DNA from: Betaproteobacteria bacterium
Lineage (GTDB): Bacteria; Pseudomonadota; Gammaproteobacteria; Burkholderiales; Burkholderiaceae_C
NCBI GenBank assembly: GCA_031416215.1
Contig: JANOTG010000038.1
Coordinates: forward strand, 1 to 58,653
Reading direction: 5' to 3'
Length of the DNA stretch: 58,653 nt
Positions 21,725-32,640 of this stretch are shown here, one piece after another (position 1 is the stretch's first letter; each line of letters opens with the position of its first letter). Under the pieces are notes generated by a model. It was not told where the DNA came from and searched no databases. It saw only the letters and a program-made list of their open reading frames with translations. The translations under genes were made by a program, and so were the position numbers.

Positions 21725-22015
21725 ATGACGTTGAACCACTCCGACCCGCTGCTGGACGCCCGGGGCTTGAGCCGCTTGGTCTGGCGCTGTCGGCGCGGCA
21801 TGCTGGAGAACGATCTGTTTCTGGAAAGATTCCTGAAAACACACGGTGGCAGCATGACCGTGGTACAAGCCAACGCACTGGGTGCACTGATGGCACTGGG
21901 CGACAACGACCTGCTCGATCTGCACCTGGGGCGAATGCAGCCGGGCGACCTCGACCCTGACCTGAACCGTCCGGACGTGCATGAAGTATTGGGACTTCTG
22001 AGAAAAAACCGCTGA
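21725..22015 (+). CDS. sdhE: Succinate dehydrogenase assembly factor 2 (FAD assembly factor)
   Basis: [15 protein letters not shown] carries the RGxxE motif; DNDLLD. Confidence 0.92.
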   Translation: MTLNHSDPLLDARGLSRLVWRCRRGMLENDLFLERFLKTHGGSMTVVQANALGALMALGDNDLLDLHLGRMQPGDLDPDLNRPDVHEVLGLLRKNR

Positions 22016-22025
22016 AAGGGCAAAT

Positions 22026-23336
22026 ATGAAATCGATGGACCACAAGGCAACCTTAACCTTTTCCAACGGCAGTCCGAGCATCGACTTGCCAATTTATGGC
22101 GGCAGCGTCGGGCCGGACGTGATCGACATCCGCAAACTGTATGGTCAGACCGGCATGTTCACCTACGACCCGGGATTCCTCTCCACCGCGTCCTGCCAGT
22201 CGAACATCACTTACATCGACGGCGACAAAGGCGAGTTGCTTTACCGTGGTTATCCAATCGAGCAGTTGGCAACCCATTGCGACTTTCTGGAAACCTGCTA
22301 TTTGCTTTTGTACGGCAATTTGCCCGATGTCGCAGCCAAAGCAAAGTTCACCAAAGTTGTCACCAACCACACCATGGTGAACGAACAGATGCAGTTTTTT
22401 CTGCGAGGTTTTCGTCGCGACGCGCATCCGATGGCCATCATGACCGGGCTGGTTGGCGCTTTGTCGGCCTTCTACCATGACAGCACCGATATCAACAACC
22501 CCGAGCACCGGGAGATTTCCGCAATCCGGCTGATCGCAAAAATGCCGACCCTCGTGGCGATGGCCTTCAAGTACAGCGCCGGACAGCCGTACATGTACCC
22601 GAAGAACAACCTGAGCTACGCCGGCAACTTCCTGCACATGATGTTTGCGACGCCCTGTGAAGAATACGTTGTCAATCCGGTCATTGAACGGGCGCTGGAC
22701 CGTATCTTCATCCTGCACGCAGACCATGAACAAAATGCATCCACTTCCACGGTGCGGTTGTGCGGCAGTTCTGGAACCAATCCTTTTGCGGCGATTGCGG
22801 CCGGGGTAGCCTGCCTGTGGGGCCCTGCCCACGGTGGAGCGAATGAAGCTTGCCTCAACATGCTGGAAGATATCCAGAAAATTGGGGGCGTAAGCAAGGT
22901 CGGTGAATTCATCACCCAGGTAAAGGACAAGTCATCCAACGTCAAATTGATGGGCTTCGGTCACCGGGTGTACAAAAACTACGACCCACGCGCCAAACTG
23001 ATGCAGGAAACCTGCCGCGAGGTGCTGACCGCTCTGGGCCTGGAAAACGACCCCCTGTTCAAGCTCGCCATGGCGCTGGAAAAAATTGCGCTCGAAGACG
23101 ACTATTTTGTGCAACGCAAGTTGTATCCAAACGTCGACTTTTACTCGGGCATCGTACAGCGGGCAATTGGCATTCCGACGTCCCTCTTCACGGCGATCTT
23201 CGCGCTGGCCCGAACCGTCGGCTGGATCGCACAACTCAACGAGATGATCGGTGATCCTGAATACAAGATCGGTCGACCGCGCCAGCTCTATACAGGGTCC
23301 GCCGCACGCAACGTGGTACCTCTTGCGCAGCGCTGA
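22026..23336 (+). CDS. gltA: Citrate synthase (type II)
   Basis: [27 protein letters not shown] and YPNVDFYSG. Confidence 0.98.
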   Translation: MKSMDHKATLTFSNGSPSIDLPIYGGSVGPDVIDIRKLYGQTGMFTYDPGFLSTASCQSNITYIDGDKGELLYRGYPIEQLATHCDFLETCYLLLYGNLPDVAAKAKFTKVVTNHTMVNEQMQFFLRGFRRDAHPMAIMTGLVGALSAFYHDSTDINNPEHREISAIRLIAKMPTLVAMAFKYSAGQPYMYPKNNLSYAGNFLHMMFATPCEEYVVNPVIERALDRIFILHADHEQNASTSTVRLCGSSGTNPFAAIAAGVACLWGPAHGGANEACLNMLEDIQKIGGVSKVGEFITQVKDKSSNVKLMGFGHRVYKNYDPRAKLMQETCREVLTALGLENDPLFKLAMALEKIALEDDYFVQRKLYPNVDFYSGIVQRAIGIPTSLFTAIFALARTVGWIAQLNEMIGDPEYKIGRPRQLYTGSAARNVVPLAQR

Positions 23337-23418
23337 GACAGGAGCGGCCAACCCGGGCGGGGCGATGCCAGGTTGGCCTGGCAGGCCCTAAAATCTGGAC
23401 ATGCAGCAATCAGAAACC

Positions 23419-24840
23419 ATGGGCAGGACCCTGTACGACAAGATCTGGGACGACCATGTCGTCCACAGCGAGGATGACGGAACGGCCATTCTGTACATTG
23501 ATCGCCATCTGGTGCATGAGGTCACGAGTCCACAAGCCTATGAGGGCCTGCGCCAAGCCAACCGCCAGGTCTGGCGCGTCAGTTCTGTCGTCGCCACCGC
23601 GGACCACAACACGCCCACCACCGGTTGGGAACTCGGTTACGACGGCATCACCGATAGCACCAGCCGTGAGCAGATTTCCACGCTCGATGCCAACATCAGG
23701 CAATACGGGTCGGCAGCTTATTTTCCGTTTTTGTCCAAGCGACAGGGCATTGTGCATGTGATCGGGCCGGAAACGGGGGCTACGCTGCCAGGGATGACCG
23801 TTGTCTGTGGTGATTCACACACCTCCACCCATGGCGCTTTCGGAGCACTTGCACACGGCATTGGCACCAGTGAGGTGGAGCACGTGCTGGCGACGCAGAC
23901 GCTGTTGGCGAAGAAGGCACGCAATATGCTGGTGCGCGTCGAGGGCACGCTGCCCGTCGGCTGTGTGGCCAAGGATATCGTGCTGGCGATCATCGGCAAG
24001 ATCGGTACCGCGGGCGGAACTGGCTACACCATCGAATTCGCCGGTGCGGCCATCCGCGCCCTCAGCATGGAGGGGCGCATGACCGTGTGCAACATGGCGA
24101 TTGAGGCTGGTGCGCGCGCCGGCCTGATTGCCGTGGACCAGAAGACGATCGACTATGTGCATGGCCGTGCTCTGTCGCCAGTCGGTGTGGAATGGGAGCA
24201 TGCGGTCCGGTTTTGGCACACCCTGCATTCGGACACTGATGCACATTTTGACGCGGTGGTCGACATGGACGCGTCACGCCTGGTGCCGCAGGTCACCTGG
24301 GGAACCTCGCCCGAGATGGTGCTGGGCATCGATGCCCGTGTACCGGACCCGGAGCGCGAAAAGGATGCCAACCGCCGCTCTGCCATGGAACATGCCCTCA
24401 TCTACATGGGCTTGGAGCCGGGAAAACGGATGGAAGACATCGTCATCGACAAGGTGTTCATCGGCTCCTGCACCAATAGCCGGATCGAGGACATGCGCGA
24501 AGCGGCTGCAGTGGTGCGACGCTTGGGGCAACGGGTGGCATCCAACGTCAAACTGGCGATGGTGGTGCCCGGTTCGGGGCTGGTCAAACAGCAGGCCGAA
24601 CGCGAAGGGCTGCACCAGATTTTCATGGCGGCCGGGTTTGAGTGGCGTGAACCTGGCTGCTCGATGTGCCTGGCCATGAATGCCGACCGCCTGGAGCCTG
24701 GTGAGCGGTGTGCCTCCACCAGCAACCGGAATTTCGAAGGGCGCCAGGGCGCGGGCGGTCGGACCCATCTTGTCAGCCCCGCCATGGCCGCGGCTGCCGC
24801 AATTCACGGGCATTTTGTAGATGTCCGCAAATTCTCCTGA
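23419..24840 (+). CDS. leuC: 3-isopropylmalate dehydratase large subunit
   Basis: [26 protein letters not shown] and [10 protein letters not shown]. Start at 23419 or 23401. Confidence 0.97.
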   Translation: MGRTLYDKIWDDHVVHSEDDGTAILYIDRHLVHEVTSPQAYEGLRQANRQVWRVSSVVATADHNTPTTGWELGYDGITDSTSREQISTLDANIRQYGSAAYFPFLSKRQGIVHVIGPETGATLPGMTVVCGDSHTSTHGAFGALAHGIGTSEVEHVLATQTLLAKKARNMLVRVEGTLPVGCVAKDIVLAIIGKIGTAGGTGYTIEFAGAAIRALSMEGRMTVCNMAIEAGARAGLIAVDQKTIDYVHGRALSPVGVEWEHAVRFWHTLHSDTDAHFDAVVDMDASRLVPQVTWGTSPEMVLGIDARVPDPEREKDANRRSAMEHALIYMGLEPGKRMEDIVIDKVFIGSCTNSRIEDMREAAAVVRRLGQRVASNVKLAMVVPGSGLVKQQAEREGLHQIFMAAGFEWREPGCSMCLAMNADRLEPGERCASTSNRNFEGRQGAGGRTHLVSPAMAAAAAIHGHFVDVRKFS

Positions 24841-24856
24841 GCAGGTGTTCCGCGTG

Positions 24857-24991
24857 ATGCCGCGCACGTCGTCACTTTTGCTGTTGCTGGCAGTAGCCGT
24901 TCTGCTCGGTGGCTGCAACACCGTTCGCGGCATCGGGCAGGATCTGCAGCGCGCAGGCGAGAAGATCGAAGAATCCGTGAAGAAGAAGTAA
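24857..24991 (+). CDS. Entericidin A/B family small lipoprotein (44 aa; absent from ORF track)
   Basis: Hand translation gives [44 protein letters not shown], with lipobox LGGC and the CNTxxGxGxD motif. Its TAA overlaps the leuD ATG. Confidence 0.9.
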   Translation: MPRTSSLLLLLAVAVLLGGCNTVRGIGQDLQRAGEKIEESVKKK

Positions 24992-25653
24992 TGCAAAAAT
25001 TCACCGTGCACAAGGGCCTGGTCGCCCCAATGGATCGGGAAAATGTCGATACCGACGCCATCATTCCCAAGCAGTTCCTGAAATCAATCCGCAAGACCGG
25101 GTTTGGCCAAAATCTGTTTGATGCGTGGCGTTACCTGGATCCGGGTTTTCCCGGTCAGGACCCGAACAGCCGCAAGCCAAACCCGGATTTCGTGCTGAAC
25201 CAGCCGCGCTACATGGGTGCCTCGATCCTGCTGGCGCGCAAGAATTTCGGATGCGGCTCATCCCGCGAGCATGCGCCGTGGGCGCTGGATCAATATGGCT
25301 TTCGGGCCATCATCGCGCCCAGTTATGCCGACATTTTCTTCAACAACAGCTTCAAGAACGGGCTGCTGCCGATTGTGATGGGTGAAGCACGGGTGGCGCA
25401 GTTGTTTGACGAAGTCCTGGCATTCCCGGGGTATGTGTTGACGATCGACCTGGAGCGCCAGGTCGTCGTGCAGCCACACGGTGGGGAGCTGCCATTCGAG
25501 GTGCAACCGTTCCGAAAATTCTGCCTTCTCAACGGCCTGGATGACATTGGTCTGACCTTGCGCCACGCGGACAAGATTCGGGCATTCGAGACCGCGCGTC
25601 TGGCCGAAAAACCCTGGCTGGCCCATACGCTGATCTCGGGCGACTCCTTGTGA
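24991..25653 (+). CDS. leuD: 3-isopropylmalate dehydratase small subunit
   Basis: [24 protein letters not shown] and GLDDIGLTL. Confidence 0.97.
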   Translation: MQKFTVHKGLVAPMDRENVDTDAIIPKQFLKSIRKTGFGQNLFDAWRYLDPGFPGQDPNSRKPNPDFVLNQPRYMGASILLARKNFGCGSSREHAPWALDQYGFRAIIAPSYADIFFNNSFKNGLLPIVMGEARVAQLFDEVLAFPGYVLTIDLERQVVVQPHGGELPFEVQPFRKFCLLNGLDDIGLTLRHADKIRAFETARLAEKPWLAHTLISGDSL

Positions 25654-25702
25654 CACTGCATGCAGATTTCTTTGGCCCCGCGCCTGATCGAAGAACAGAA
25701 CC

Positions 25703-26776
25703 ATGAAAATTGCAATCCTTCCGGGCGACGGTATCGGAAAAGAGATCGTTGTGGAAGCCGTGAAGGTGCTGCACGCACTCGATCTGCGGATCGAAACTGA
25801 GTCGGCCCTGGTTGGTGGAGCGGCCTACGAAGCTTTCGGTCATCCCCTGCCAGATGCGACCCTGAACCTTGCCAAAGCGGCCGACGCCATTCTGTTCGGC
25901 GCCGTCGGGGATTGGAAGTACGACAAACTTGACCGCCCGCTGCGACCCGAACAAGCCATACTTGGCTTGCGCAAGCATCTCGGGCTGTTTGCCAATTTCC
26001 GCCCAGCCATCTGTTACGAGCAACTGGTGGGCGCGTCAAGTCTCAAGCCGGAGTTGATCGCGGGGCTGGATATTCTCATCATCCGTGAGTTGACTGGCGA
26101 CATCTATTTCGGCCAACCGCGTGGGCGCCGAACGGCCACCGACGGTCACTTTCCCGGAGCAGAAGAAGCTTTCGACACCATGCGTTACTCGCGGCCCGAG
26201 GTAGAGCGCATCGCCCATGTCGCATTCCAGGCTGCACGCAAACGCCAAAAACGGGTGACCAGTGTCGACAAGGCAAACGTGCTTGAGACATTCCAGTTCT
26301 GGAAGGATGTAGTGACCGAAGTCGGCCAGCAGTATCCGGATGTGGAACTTGAGCACATGTATGTTGACAACGCTGCGATGCAACTGGTGCGCGCGCCAAA
26401 AAAATTCGACGTGCTGGTGACTGGCAACATGTTCGGGGACATTCTCAGCGACGAAGCCGCCATGCTGACGGGGTCGATCGGCATGCTGCCGTCGGCGAGC
26501 CTGAATGCGGCCAACAAGGGTTTGTATGAGCCGAGCCACGGCAGTGCCCCGGACATCGCCGGCAAAGGGGTTGCCAACCCCCTGGCCACCATCCTCAGTG
26601 CCGCCATGATGTTGCGTTTCAGCTTGAACCAGCCGGAGGCGGCGCAACGCATTGAAGCTGCCGTCAAAGGCGTTTTGGCGCGCGGCCTGCGAACAGCCGA
26701 CATTCACGCACCGGGCACTGTCTTGGTCGGTACGGCGGAGATGGGGACCGCCGTGGTGGAAATGATCAGGCGCTGA
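25703..26776 (+). CDS. leuB: 3-isopropylmalate dehydrogenase
   Basis: [23 protein letters not shown] and [12 protein letters not shown]. Confidence 0.98.
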   Translation: MKIAILPGDGIGKEIVVEAVKVLHALDLRIETESALVGGAAYEAFGHPLPDATLNLAKAADAILFGAVGDWKYDKLDRPLRPEQAILGLRKHLGLFANFRPAICYEQLVGASSLKPELIAGLDILIIRELTGDIYFGQPRGRRTATDGHFPGAEEAFDTMRYSRPEVERIAHVAFQAARKRQKRVTSVDKANVLETFQFWKDVVTEVGQQYPDVELEHMYVDNAAMQLVRAPKKFDVLVTGNMFGDILSDEAAMLTGSIGMLPSASLNAANKGLYEPSHGSAPDIAGKGVANPLATILSAAMMLRFSLNQPEAAQRIEAAVKGVLARGLRTADIHAPGTVLVGTAEMGTAVVEMIRR

Positions 26777-26794
26777 TTCGCCTATAATTTCGGC

Positions 26795-26893
26795 ATGATT
26801 TGCAACATGATCGCCCACCCGTGCGCCTGCCCTGTGGCAACGCACGCCATGGTCGCCGCGGTCTCTGCTTGCACCAAATCGACAACCGGCTGA
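26795..26893 (+). CDS. Putative asd leader peptide (32 aa)
   Basis: MICNMIAHPCACPVATHAMVAAVSACTKSTTG*, starting 6 nt after a perfect TATAAT (26783-26788). The stop codon is embedded in alternative hairpins. Translation is unproven. Confidence 0.5.
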   Translation: MICNMIAHPCACPVATHAMVAAVSACTKSTTG

Positions 26894-26979
26894 TTTAGCC
26901 CGGTTCGTCGTGCCCCACCCGGCCAGACGAGCCGGGCAACTGGCAATGATTCTTTTGCAGTTCGAAGAGGGGTACTTAC

Positions 26980-28116
26980 ATGAACGCGTGCAAGGTAGTG
27001 GGGCTTGTGGGCTGGCGAGGAATGGTTGGCTCGGTGCTGATGGACCGAATGCAGGCCGAAGGCGACTTCGAGCTCATCGAGCCCGTCTTTTTTTCGACCT
27101 CCAACGCGGGGGGTGTCGCGCCAATCCTGAAATCGCGTGTGTCAACGCTGCAAGACGCGACCGACATTGCCGCGCTTCGGCAATGCGACATCATCATCAC
27201 TGCGCAGGGGGGGGATTACACCACCGCGGTGTTCCCAAAACTGCGCGCCGCCGGCTGGACCGGCCACTGGATCGATGCTGCCTCCACTTTGCGGATGCAG
27301 ACGGACGCTGTCATCATTCTGGACCCGGTGAACTTGCCGGTCATCCAGTCGGCGCTGCACAAAGGCGGGCGGAACTGGATAGGCGGCAACTGCACGGTGA
27401 GTTGCATGTTGATGGGCGTCGGCGCGCTGTACAAGGCGGGCCTGGTCGAATGGATGACCAGCATGACTTATCAGGCGGCGTCTGGCGGTGGTGCTCAACA
27501 CATGCGCGAATTGCTGACCCAGTTCGGAACCATCAACGCCGAGGTCCGCGCGTTGTTGGACGATCCGCAATCCGCCATTCTGGAAATTGATCGCAAAGTG
27601 CTGGCACGCCAGCAGGCGCTTGCGCCGGCCGATATGGCCAACTTCGGCGTCCCGCTGGGTGGCAGCCTGATTCCCTGGATTGACAAAGACCTGGGTGACG
27701 GCATGAGCAGGGAAGAGTGGAAGGCGGGAGCGGAGACCAACAAGATTCTGGGTCAGGGCGCCGGGTTCGACCGACCCGCCGTTCCGGTCGACGGTTTCTG
27801 TGTACGGGTAGGCGCCATGCGCTGCCATAGCCAGGCGGTCACCTTCAAATTGAAGAAAAATGTGCCTGTCAGCGATATCGAGGCGATGATCTCTGCTGAC
27901 AACGACTGGGTCCAGGTTGTACCCAACACGCGTGAAGACAGCATGAAGCGCCTGACGCCGGTTGCGGTCACGGGAACCATGAATATCCCGGTTGGACGCA
28001 TTCGCAAACTCGCCATGGGACCTGATTACGTGGGCGCATTCACCATAGGCGACCAGCTATTGTGGGGTGCCGCTGAGCCGCTGCGCCGCATGTTGCGCAT
28101 CATTCTGGCCGACTGA
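26980..28116 (+). CDS. asd: Aspartate-semialdehyde dehydrogenase
   Basis: [16 protein letters not shown] (catalytic Cys), [13 protein letters not shown] and [11 protein letters not shown]. Confidence 0.98.
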   Translation: MNACKVVGLVGWRGMVGSVLMDRMQAEGDFELIEPVFFSTSNAGGVAPILKSRVSTLQDATDIAALRQCDIIITAQGGDYTTAVFPKLRAAGWTGHWIDAASTLRMQTDAVIILDPVNLPVIQSALHKGGRNWIGGNCTVSCMLMGVGALYKAGLVEWMTSMTYQAASGGGAQHMRELLTQFGTINAEVRALLDDPQSAILEIDRKVLARQQALAPADMANFGVPLGGSLIPWIDKDLGDGMSREEWKAGAETNKILGQGAGFDRPAVPVDGFCVRVGAMRCHSQAVTFKLKKNVPVSDIEAMISADNDWVQVVPNTREDSMKRLTPVAVTGTMNIPVGRIRKLAMGPDYVGAFTIGDQLLWGAAEPLRRMLRIILAD

Positions 28117-28353
28117 CCCATACCAGCGACGGCGCCACTCGGTGGCGCGTCGATGTTGTCAGGGCGTTGTCGTTTGACAACAGACCACGACGGCTCCTGA
28201 GCGCTTGCGCGGGTCGGACCAAACTTAAGCGCTTTCTCAGCTTGTCAGGCTAAGACATTGATGTTATGGTCCTTTTCAAGGTTAGAGTGTTGCGGCGACT
28301 GTTCCTCCATTTGGCATGAAATGGGGGCTGCCCGAGCATCGGAGGCTATTAAA

Positions 28354-31101
28354 TTGATACCAAAGTCATATCGCTGGCGCAAGACGGCTGTCGCGTCGCT
28401 AGCCGCGGCCCTATTAGGCTTGTCCGCGTCTACCGCCCATGCCCTCGCGCTGGGGCGGGTCACTGTTCTGTCGGCGCTCGGCGAGCCTTTGCGTGCCGAA
28501 ATTGACATTCCTGAGATCAATGCCGAGGAAGCGACTACTTTGAAGGCAAGCGTCGCGTCACCGGAAGCTTTCCGTGCGGCGGGGCTCGACTACAACGCTG
28601 CCCTGGCCGGTGCCCAGATTTCGCTGCAGCGCCGCGCCGATGGGCGGGCGTTTATCCGCCTGAGCAGTGACCGACCGGTCGCCGAACCGTTCGTTGATCT
28701 GATTCTCGAAGCCAGTTGGGCGACTGGCCGCATCGTGCGCGACTACACGATGCTTCTTGATCCGCCAGCCCTGCGCGCCGCCGCGCCAGCAGCCGTCTTT
28801 GTGCCGCAGGTGGCTGCAGTCAGTACACCAGCAGCCGTGCCAGCCGCACCCAGTGCTGGTCCAGTGCCGGCCGCCACCGCTCGAACGCCCGCGCCGGTCG
28901 CCGTGCGAAAGCCCCCGGCGCCTGTCGCCGGCAGCACAACCACGGCCAGTGATGACGGCGGCAAAAAGATTGTTGTGCGACCTGGTGATACGGCCAGCAA
29001 AATTGCGGCGGCTGTCAAGCCGGCGCAGGTGTCGCTGGACCAAATGCTGGTGGCCCTGTTGCGGGCGAATGCCGACGCGTTTACCAATGGCAATCTGAAC
29101 CGCCTGCGGGCTGGCGCGGTGCTGAATGTTCCAAGCCAGGAGCAGGCGACGGCGATGGGAGCCGCAGAAGCATCCCGGACAGTGATTGCGCAGAGCCGCG
29201 ATTTCAACGACTTTCGGGGCAAGTTGGCGACCAACGCACCAAGCGTCCCGGTGGCGGCAGCCGACCGCAAGGCAGCGGGCAATATCCAGACCAAGGTCGA
29301 AGACAAGAAAGCCGCAGTAAGCGCGCCGGACAAGCTGACGCTCTCCCAAGGAGCCCTGCAGGCCAAGGCGGCGGAAGACAAGATTGCGCGGGAAAAGCTG
29401 GCGCAGGACGAGGCCAAACGCAGTAAGGAGTTGAAGAAAAACATCAATGACCTGGGCAACATCGGTGCCGCATCGACCACGGTGGTGTCAGGTGCTACGC
29501 AAGCAAAACCTGCTGCTCCGGCAGTAGCTGCGCCGGTGGTGACACCGCCAGCGCCGGTCGTGGCTGTCGCGCCAGCGGTAGCCCCCGCGCCCAGCGCACC
29601 AGTGGCTACCGCTGCCTCTGCGCCGGCTGCTGTGCCGGCAGCCCCGGTTGCCGCGGCCTCGTCGGCCGCACCAGTTGTTGCGCCGCCCAAGCCAGTGGCA
29701 GCGCCGGCGATCGTGCCCAAAACGACATCCGAGCCAGGATTTATCGATAGCTTGATCGACAACCCACTGGTGTTGTATGGCGGTGCCGCCCTGATTGCCT
29801 TGCTCGGTGCGCTGGGCTTTTACCGCTCGCGTCAGCGCAGCAAGACCGCCGATGTCGACAGCGCCTTCCTGGAAAGCCGGCTGCAGCCTGACTCGTTCTT
29901 TGGCAACAGTGGCGGCCAAAAGGTCGACACCAACGACGGTGCCGCGACCGGCTCATCGATGGTGTATTCGCCAAGCCAACTGGACGCGGCGGACGATGTC
30001 GACCCGGTTGCCGAAGCCGACGTCTACCTGGCGTATGGCCGTGATCTGCAAGCCGAAGAAATTCTGAAAGAAGCTCTGCGTACACATGCCGGCCGTATTG
30101 CCGTGCATCAGAAGCTGCTGGACATCTATGCCAAGCGGCGCGATGCCAAGTCTTTCGAGGGCATGGCCACGGAAGCGTTCAAGCTGACCGGCAACACCAG
30201 CGCAGAGTGGGCGCGTATCTGCGAACAAGGCCTGTCCATCGACCCGGCCAATACCTTGTACCAGCCAGGAGGACAACCCTCAACCTCCACCCAGCCATTG
30301 GCGCAAGCGGTCGTGGCTGCAGCCACCGCCGCAGCACTGCCGACGGTGTCCATGATGGCCAGCGCGGCAACGCAGAAGTTCGAGGTGGCACCACCATCGA
30401 GCCCGAATTCGGGCTTGGTGGACCTCGATCTGGACCTCGACTTCTCGCTCGACGACGAACCACCAAGCGCGATTGTGGAGGCACAGGCGACACAAATCGA
30501 GCCCACCATGGCGATCGTCGCTGTGCCATCGGCGAACGCGCCCCTGGACATGGATTTTGGCCTTTCCACAGAAGCCATGAACAAGCCGGTGGTCAGTGCC
30601 TCATTGCCGCCGCTGGAACTCGACCTGCCCGATCTGTCGATGGCTCAAAATACCATCGCGATGCCGGCAGCGGACGCGGACGAATTCCGTCAACAAGCCG
30701 AGGTCAGTTTCGGCTCGACCAATCCAGTGCCGTTGCAGCCGGGATCTACCCAGCCAATGCCGGTCGACGTGCCCATGTCCGAAATGAGCTTTGGTTCCAC
30801 CGTTCCGCATGCATTGGCAACGCCGCAAGCGCCGGCGGCGACGGCTGAGGCTCCAGACTCGGGCATGCTGGAATTCGACCTGGGAACACTTTCGCTCGAC
30901 CTGGACCCGGCGCCGACTGCGCAAGCTGTCACCGGCAGCGTGGAGCCGGAGGACCCACTGGCGACCAAACTCGCATTGGCGGAAGAGTTTGTGTCGATCG
31001 GCGACGACGATGGTGCGAGGGCATTGATCGAAGAGGTGATGCTGGAGGCCACGGGCGACATCAAAGCCAAGGCGCAAAAGGCGTTGGCAAGCCTGGGTTG
31101 A
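28354..31101 (+). CDS. fimV: FimV/HubP-family polar landmark protein
   Basis: Signal peptide, then LGRVTVLSALGEPLRAEI, a LysM-like segment (VRPGDT...NRLRAGAVL), an Ala/Pro linker, a TM helix, AEADVYLAYGR and C-terminal TKLALAEEF..IGD..GAR. Canonical asd-fimV-truA order. TTG at 28354 follows a GGAGG RBS. Confidence 0.92.
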   Translation: MIPKSYRWRKTAVASLAAALLGLSASTAHALALGRVTVLSALGEPLRAEIDIPEINAEEATTLKASVASPEAFRAAGLDYNAALAGAQISLQRRADGRAFIRLSSDRPVAEPFVDLILEASWATGRIVRDYTMLLDPPALRAAAPAAVFVPQVAAVSTPAAVPAAPSAGPVPAATARTPAPVAVRKPPAPVAGSTTTASDDGGKKIVVRPGDTASKIAAAVKPAQVSLDQMLVALLRANADAFTNGNLNRLRAGAVLNVPSQEQATAMGAAEASRTVIAQSRDFNDFRGKLATNAPSVPVAAADRKAAGNIQTKVEDKKAAVSAPDKLTLSQGALQAKAAEDKIAREKLAQDEAKRSKELKKNINDLGNIGAASTTVVSGATQAKPAAPAVAAPVVTPPAPVVAVAPAVAPAPSAPVATAASAPAAVPAAPVAAASSAAPVVAPPKPVAAPAIVPKTTSEPGFIDSLIDNPLVLYGGAALIALLGALGFYRSRQRSKTADVDSAFLESRLQPDSFFGNSGGQKVDTNDGAATGSSMVYSPSQLDAADDVDPVAEADVYLAYGRDLQAEEILKEALRTHAGRIAVHQKLLDIYAKRRDAKSFEGMATEAFKLTGNTSAEWARICEQGLSIDPANTLYQPGGQPSTSTQPLAQAVVAAATAAALPTVSMMASAATQKFEVAPPSSPNSGLVDLDLDLDFSLDDEPPSAIVEAQATQIEPTMAIVAVPSANAPLDMDFGLSTEAMNKPVVSASLPPLELDLPDLSMAQNTIAMPAADADEFRQQAEVSFGSTNPVPLQPGSTQPMPVDVPMSEMSFGSTVPHALATPQAPAATAEAPDSGMLEFDLGTLSLDLDPAPTAQAVTGSVEPEDPLATKLALAEEFVSIGDDDGARALIEEVMLEATGDIKAKAQKALASLG

Positions 31102-31120
31102 GGCCGCACTCGGCGCTGGC

Positions 31121-31924
31121 ATGGTGCCACCACACACCAGCGCACGGATAGCGCTGGGGGTCAGCTACAACGGTCTGGCCTACCAGGGCTGGCAAAGCCA
31201 GCTGTCTGGCCAAACGGTACAGGACCACCTTGAAAGCGCGTTGTCACGTATCGCCGGGCATTCCGTTCGTACATTGTGTGCCGGCCGCACGGATGCCGGT
31301 GTCCATGCGCTGATGCAGGTGGTGCACTTCGACACCTGGGCCAATCGACGTGAAGTGTCCTGGGTCCGCGGTACCAACGCCCTGCTGCCCCGCGACATTG
31401 CAGTGCAATGGGCGCGCCAGGTTCCACCCGGCTTCCATTGTCGCGCGAGCGCAATCTCACGCCGCTACGTCTATATCCTGCTGCAAGGCCCAGTGCGGCC
31501 GAGCATCGATGCAGGGCGAGTCGGTTGGGTCATGGCGCCGTTGGCACTCGCGCCCATGCAAGAAGCCAGCGCATTTCTGACCGGCCAACATGACTTCAGT
31601 TCCTTCCGGGCCGCCGCCTGCCAGGCCTTGACGGCGACAAAAACAATGCGGCCCATCCGTATTGCGCAACGCGGCAGTTACTGGCGATTCGAATTCGAGG
31701 CCGATGCCTTCCTGCACCACATGATCCGCAACATCATGGGCTGCCTGGTCATGGTGGGTCAGGGCAAACGCGAACCAGAGTGGCTCGGCGAGATCTTGCA
31801 GGCGCGTTCGCGCAAGGTAGCGGCGCCGACTTTCGCACCCGACGGCCTGCATTTTTCTGGGCCACGGTACGCGCCTGAGTGGGGTCTTCCCGAACACACT
31901 GGTGGGTATGATGGCCTTCCATGA
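31121..31924 (+). CDS. truA: tRNA pseudouridine(38-40) synthase
   Basis: YQGWQSQ, CAGRTDAGVHA, GQHDFSSFR and FLHHMIRN. Confidence 0.97.
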   Translation: MVPPHTSARIALGVSYNGLAYQGWQSQLSGQTVQDHLESALSRIAGHSVRTLCAGRTDAGVHALMQVVHFDTWANRREVSWVRGTNALLPRDIAVQWARQVPPGFHCRASAISRRYVYILLQGPVRPSIDAGRVGWVMAPLALAPMQEASAFLTGQHDFSSFRAAACQALTATKTMRPIRIAQRGSYWRFEFEADAFLHHMIRNIMGCLVMVGQGKREPEWLGEILQARSRKVAAPTFAPDGLHFSGPRYAPEWGLPEHTGGYDGLP

Positions 31925-32640
31925 ACCAGACCATGCCGCCTTTGCGTACCAGAATAAAGATTTGTGGCCTCACCCGTGAGCAAGACGTCGATGTCGCGGC
32001 GGCAGCCGGAGTGGATGCCATCGGCTTCAACCTGTACGAGAAAAGCCCACGCTACGTCACGCTCGACCGCGCCATTGAACTGGCGCGACGCCTGCCAGCC
32101 TTTGTCACCCCGGTGCTGCTGTTCGTCAACGCCAGCGTGGCGCATGTTCAAGCTTGTAGCAACCGTCTGCCCCATGCGGTACTGCAGTTCCACGGCGACG
32201 AGTCACCGCAAGACTGCTGGGAGGCAAGTCGCAGTGGCGCCCAAGCCTATATCCGGGTCGCAAGAATTCCCGTGGACGACAGCGTGCGAAACTTTGATCT
32301 CGTAGAATATGCCGCACTTCACTCCCGTGCCAGTGCCCTGCTGCTCGATGCCCATGTCACGGGTTATGGCGGGGGCGGCAAAACCTTCAATTGGTCACTT
32401 CTTCCAGCAAGCGTCAACTGTCACCTCGTCTTAGGTGGTGGGCTCACGCCTGCAAACGTGACCGATGGCATAACGCTGCTGCGCCCGCGTTGTAAAACGC
32501 TGGCGGTTGATGTCAGCTCTGGCGTCGAAGTGTCTCCGGGCATCAAGGACGCCAGCAGGATCTTCCAATTTGTCGCTGCCGTACGCGCGGCTGACCACCA
32601 ACTCGCGAGCCCCCAACATGCACCCCTACCAACAACCTGA
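31921..32640 (+). CDS. trpF: Phosphoribosylanthranilate isomerase
   Basis: [28 protein letters not shown] and DVSSGVE. Confidence 0.96.
   Translation: MNQTMPPLRTRIKICGLTREQDVDVAAAAGVDAIGFNLYEKSPRYVTLDRAIELARRLPAFVTPVLLFVNASVAHVQACSNRLPHAVLQFHGDESPQDCWEASRSGAQAYIRVARIPVDDSVRNFDLVEYAALHSRASALLLDAHVTGYGGGGKTFNWSLLPASVNCHLVLGGGLTPANVTDGITLLRPRCKTLAVDVSSGVEVSPGIKDASRIFQFVAAVRAADHQLASPQHAPLPTT

Noticed and set aside
28258-28353. N-terminal extensions in the ORF track (fimV, orn, trmD, rimM, era, lepB, trpB, yggT and others)
   Set aside because: They are longest-ORF artefacts. Downstream starts match the homologous N-termini and RBS or -10 positions better.
28770-29730. Repetitive GCC/GCA/CCG-rich DNA within fimV
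   Set aside because: It encodes the normal Ala/Pro/Val low-complexity linkers of FimV. There is no fixed-period repeat or repeat-spacer structure.
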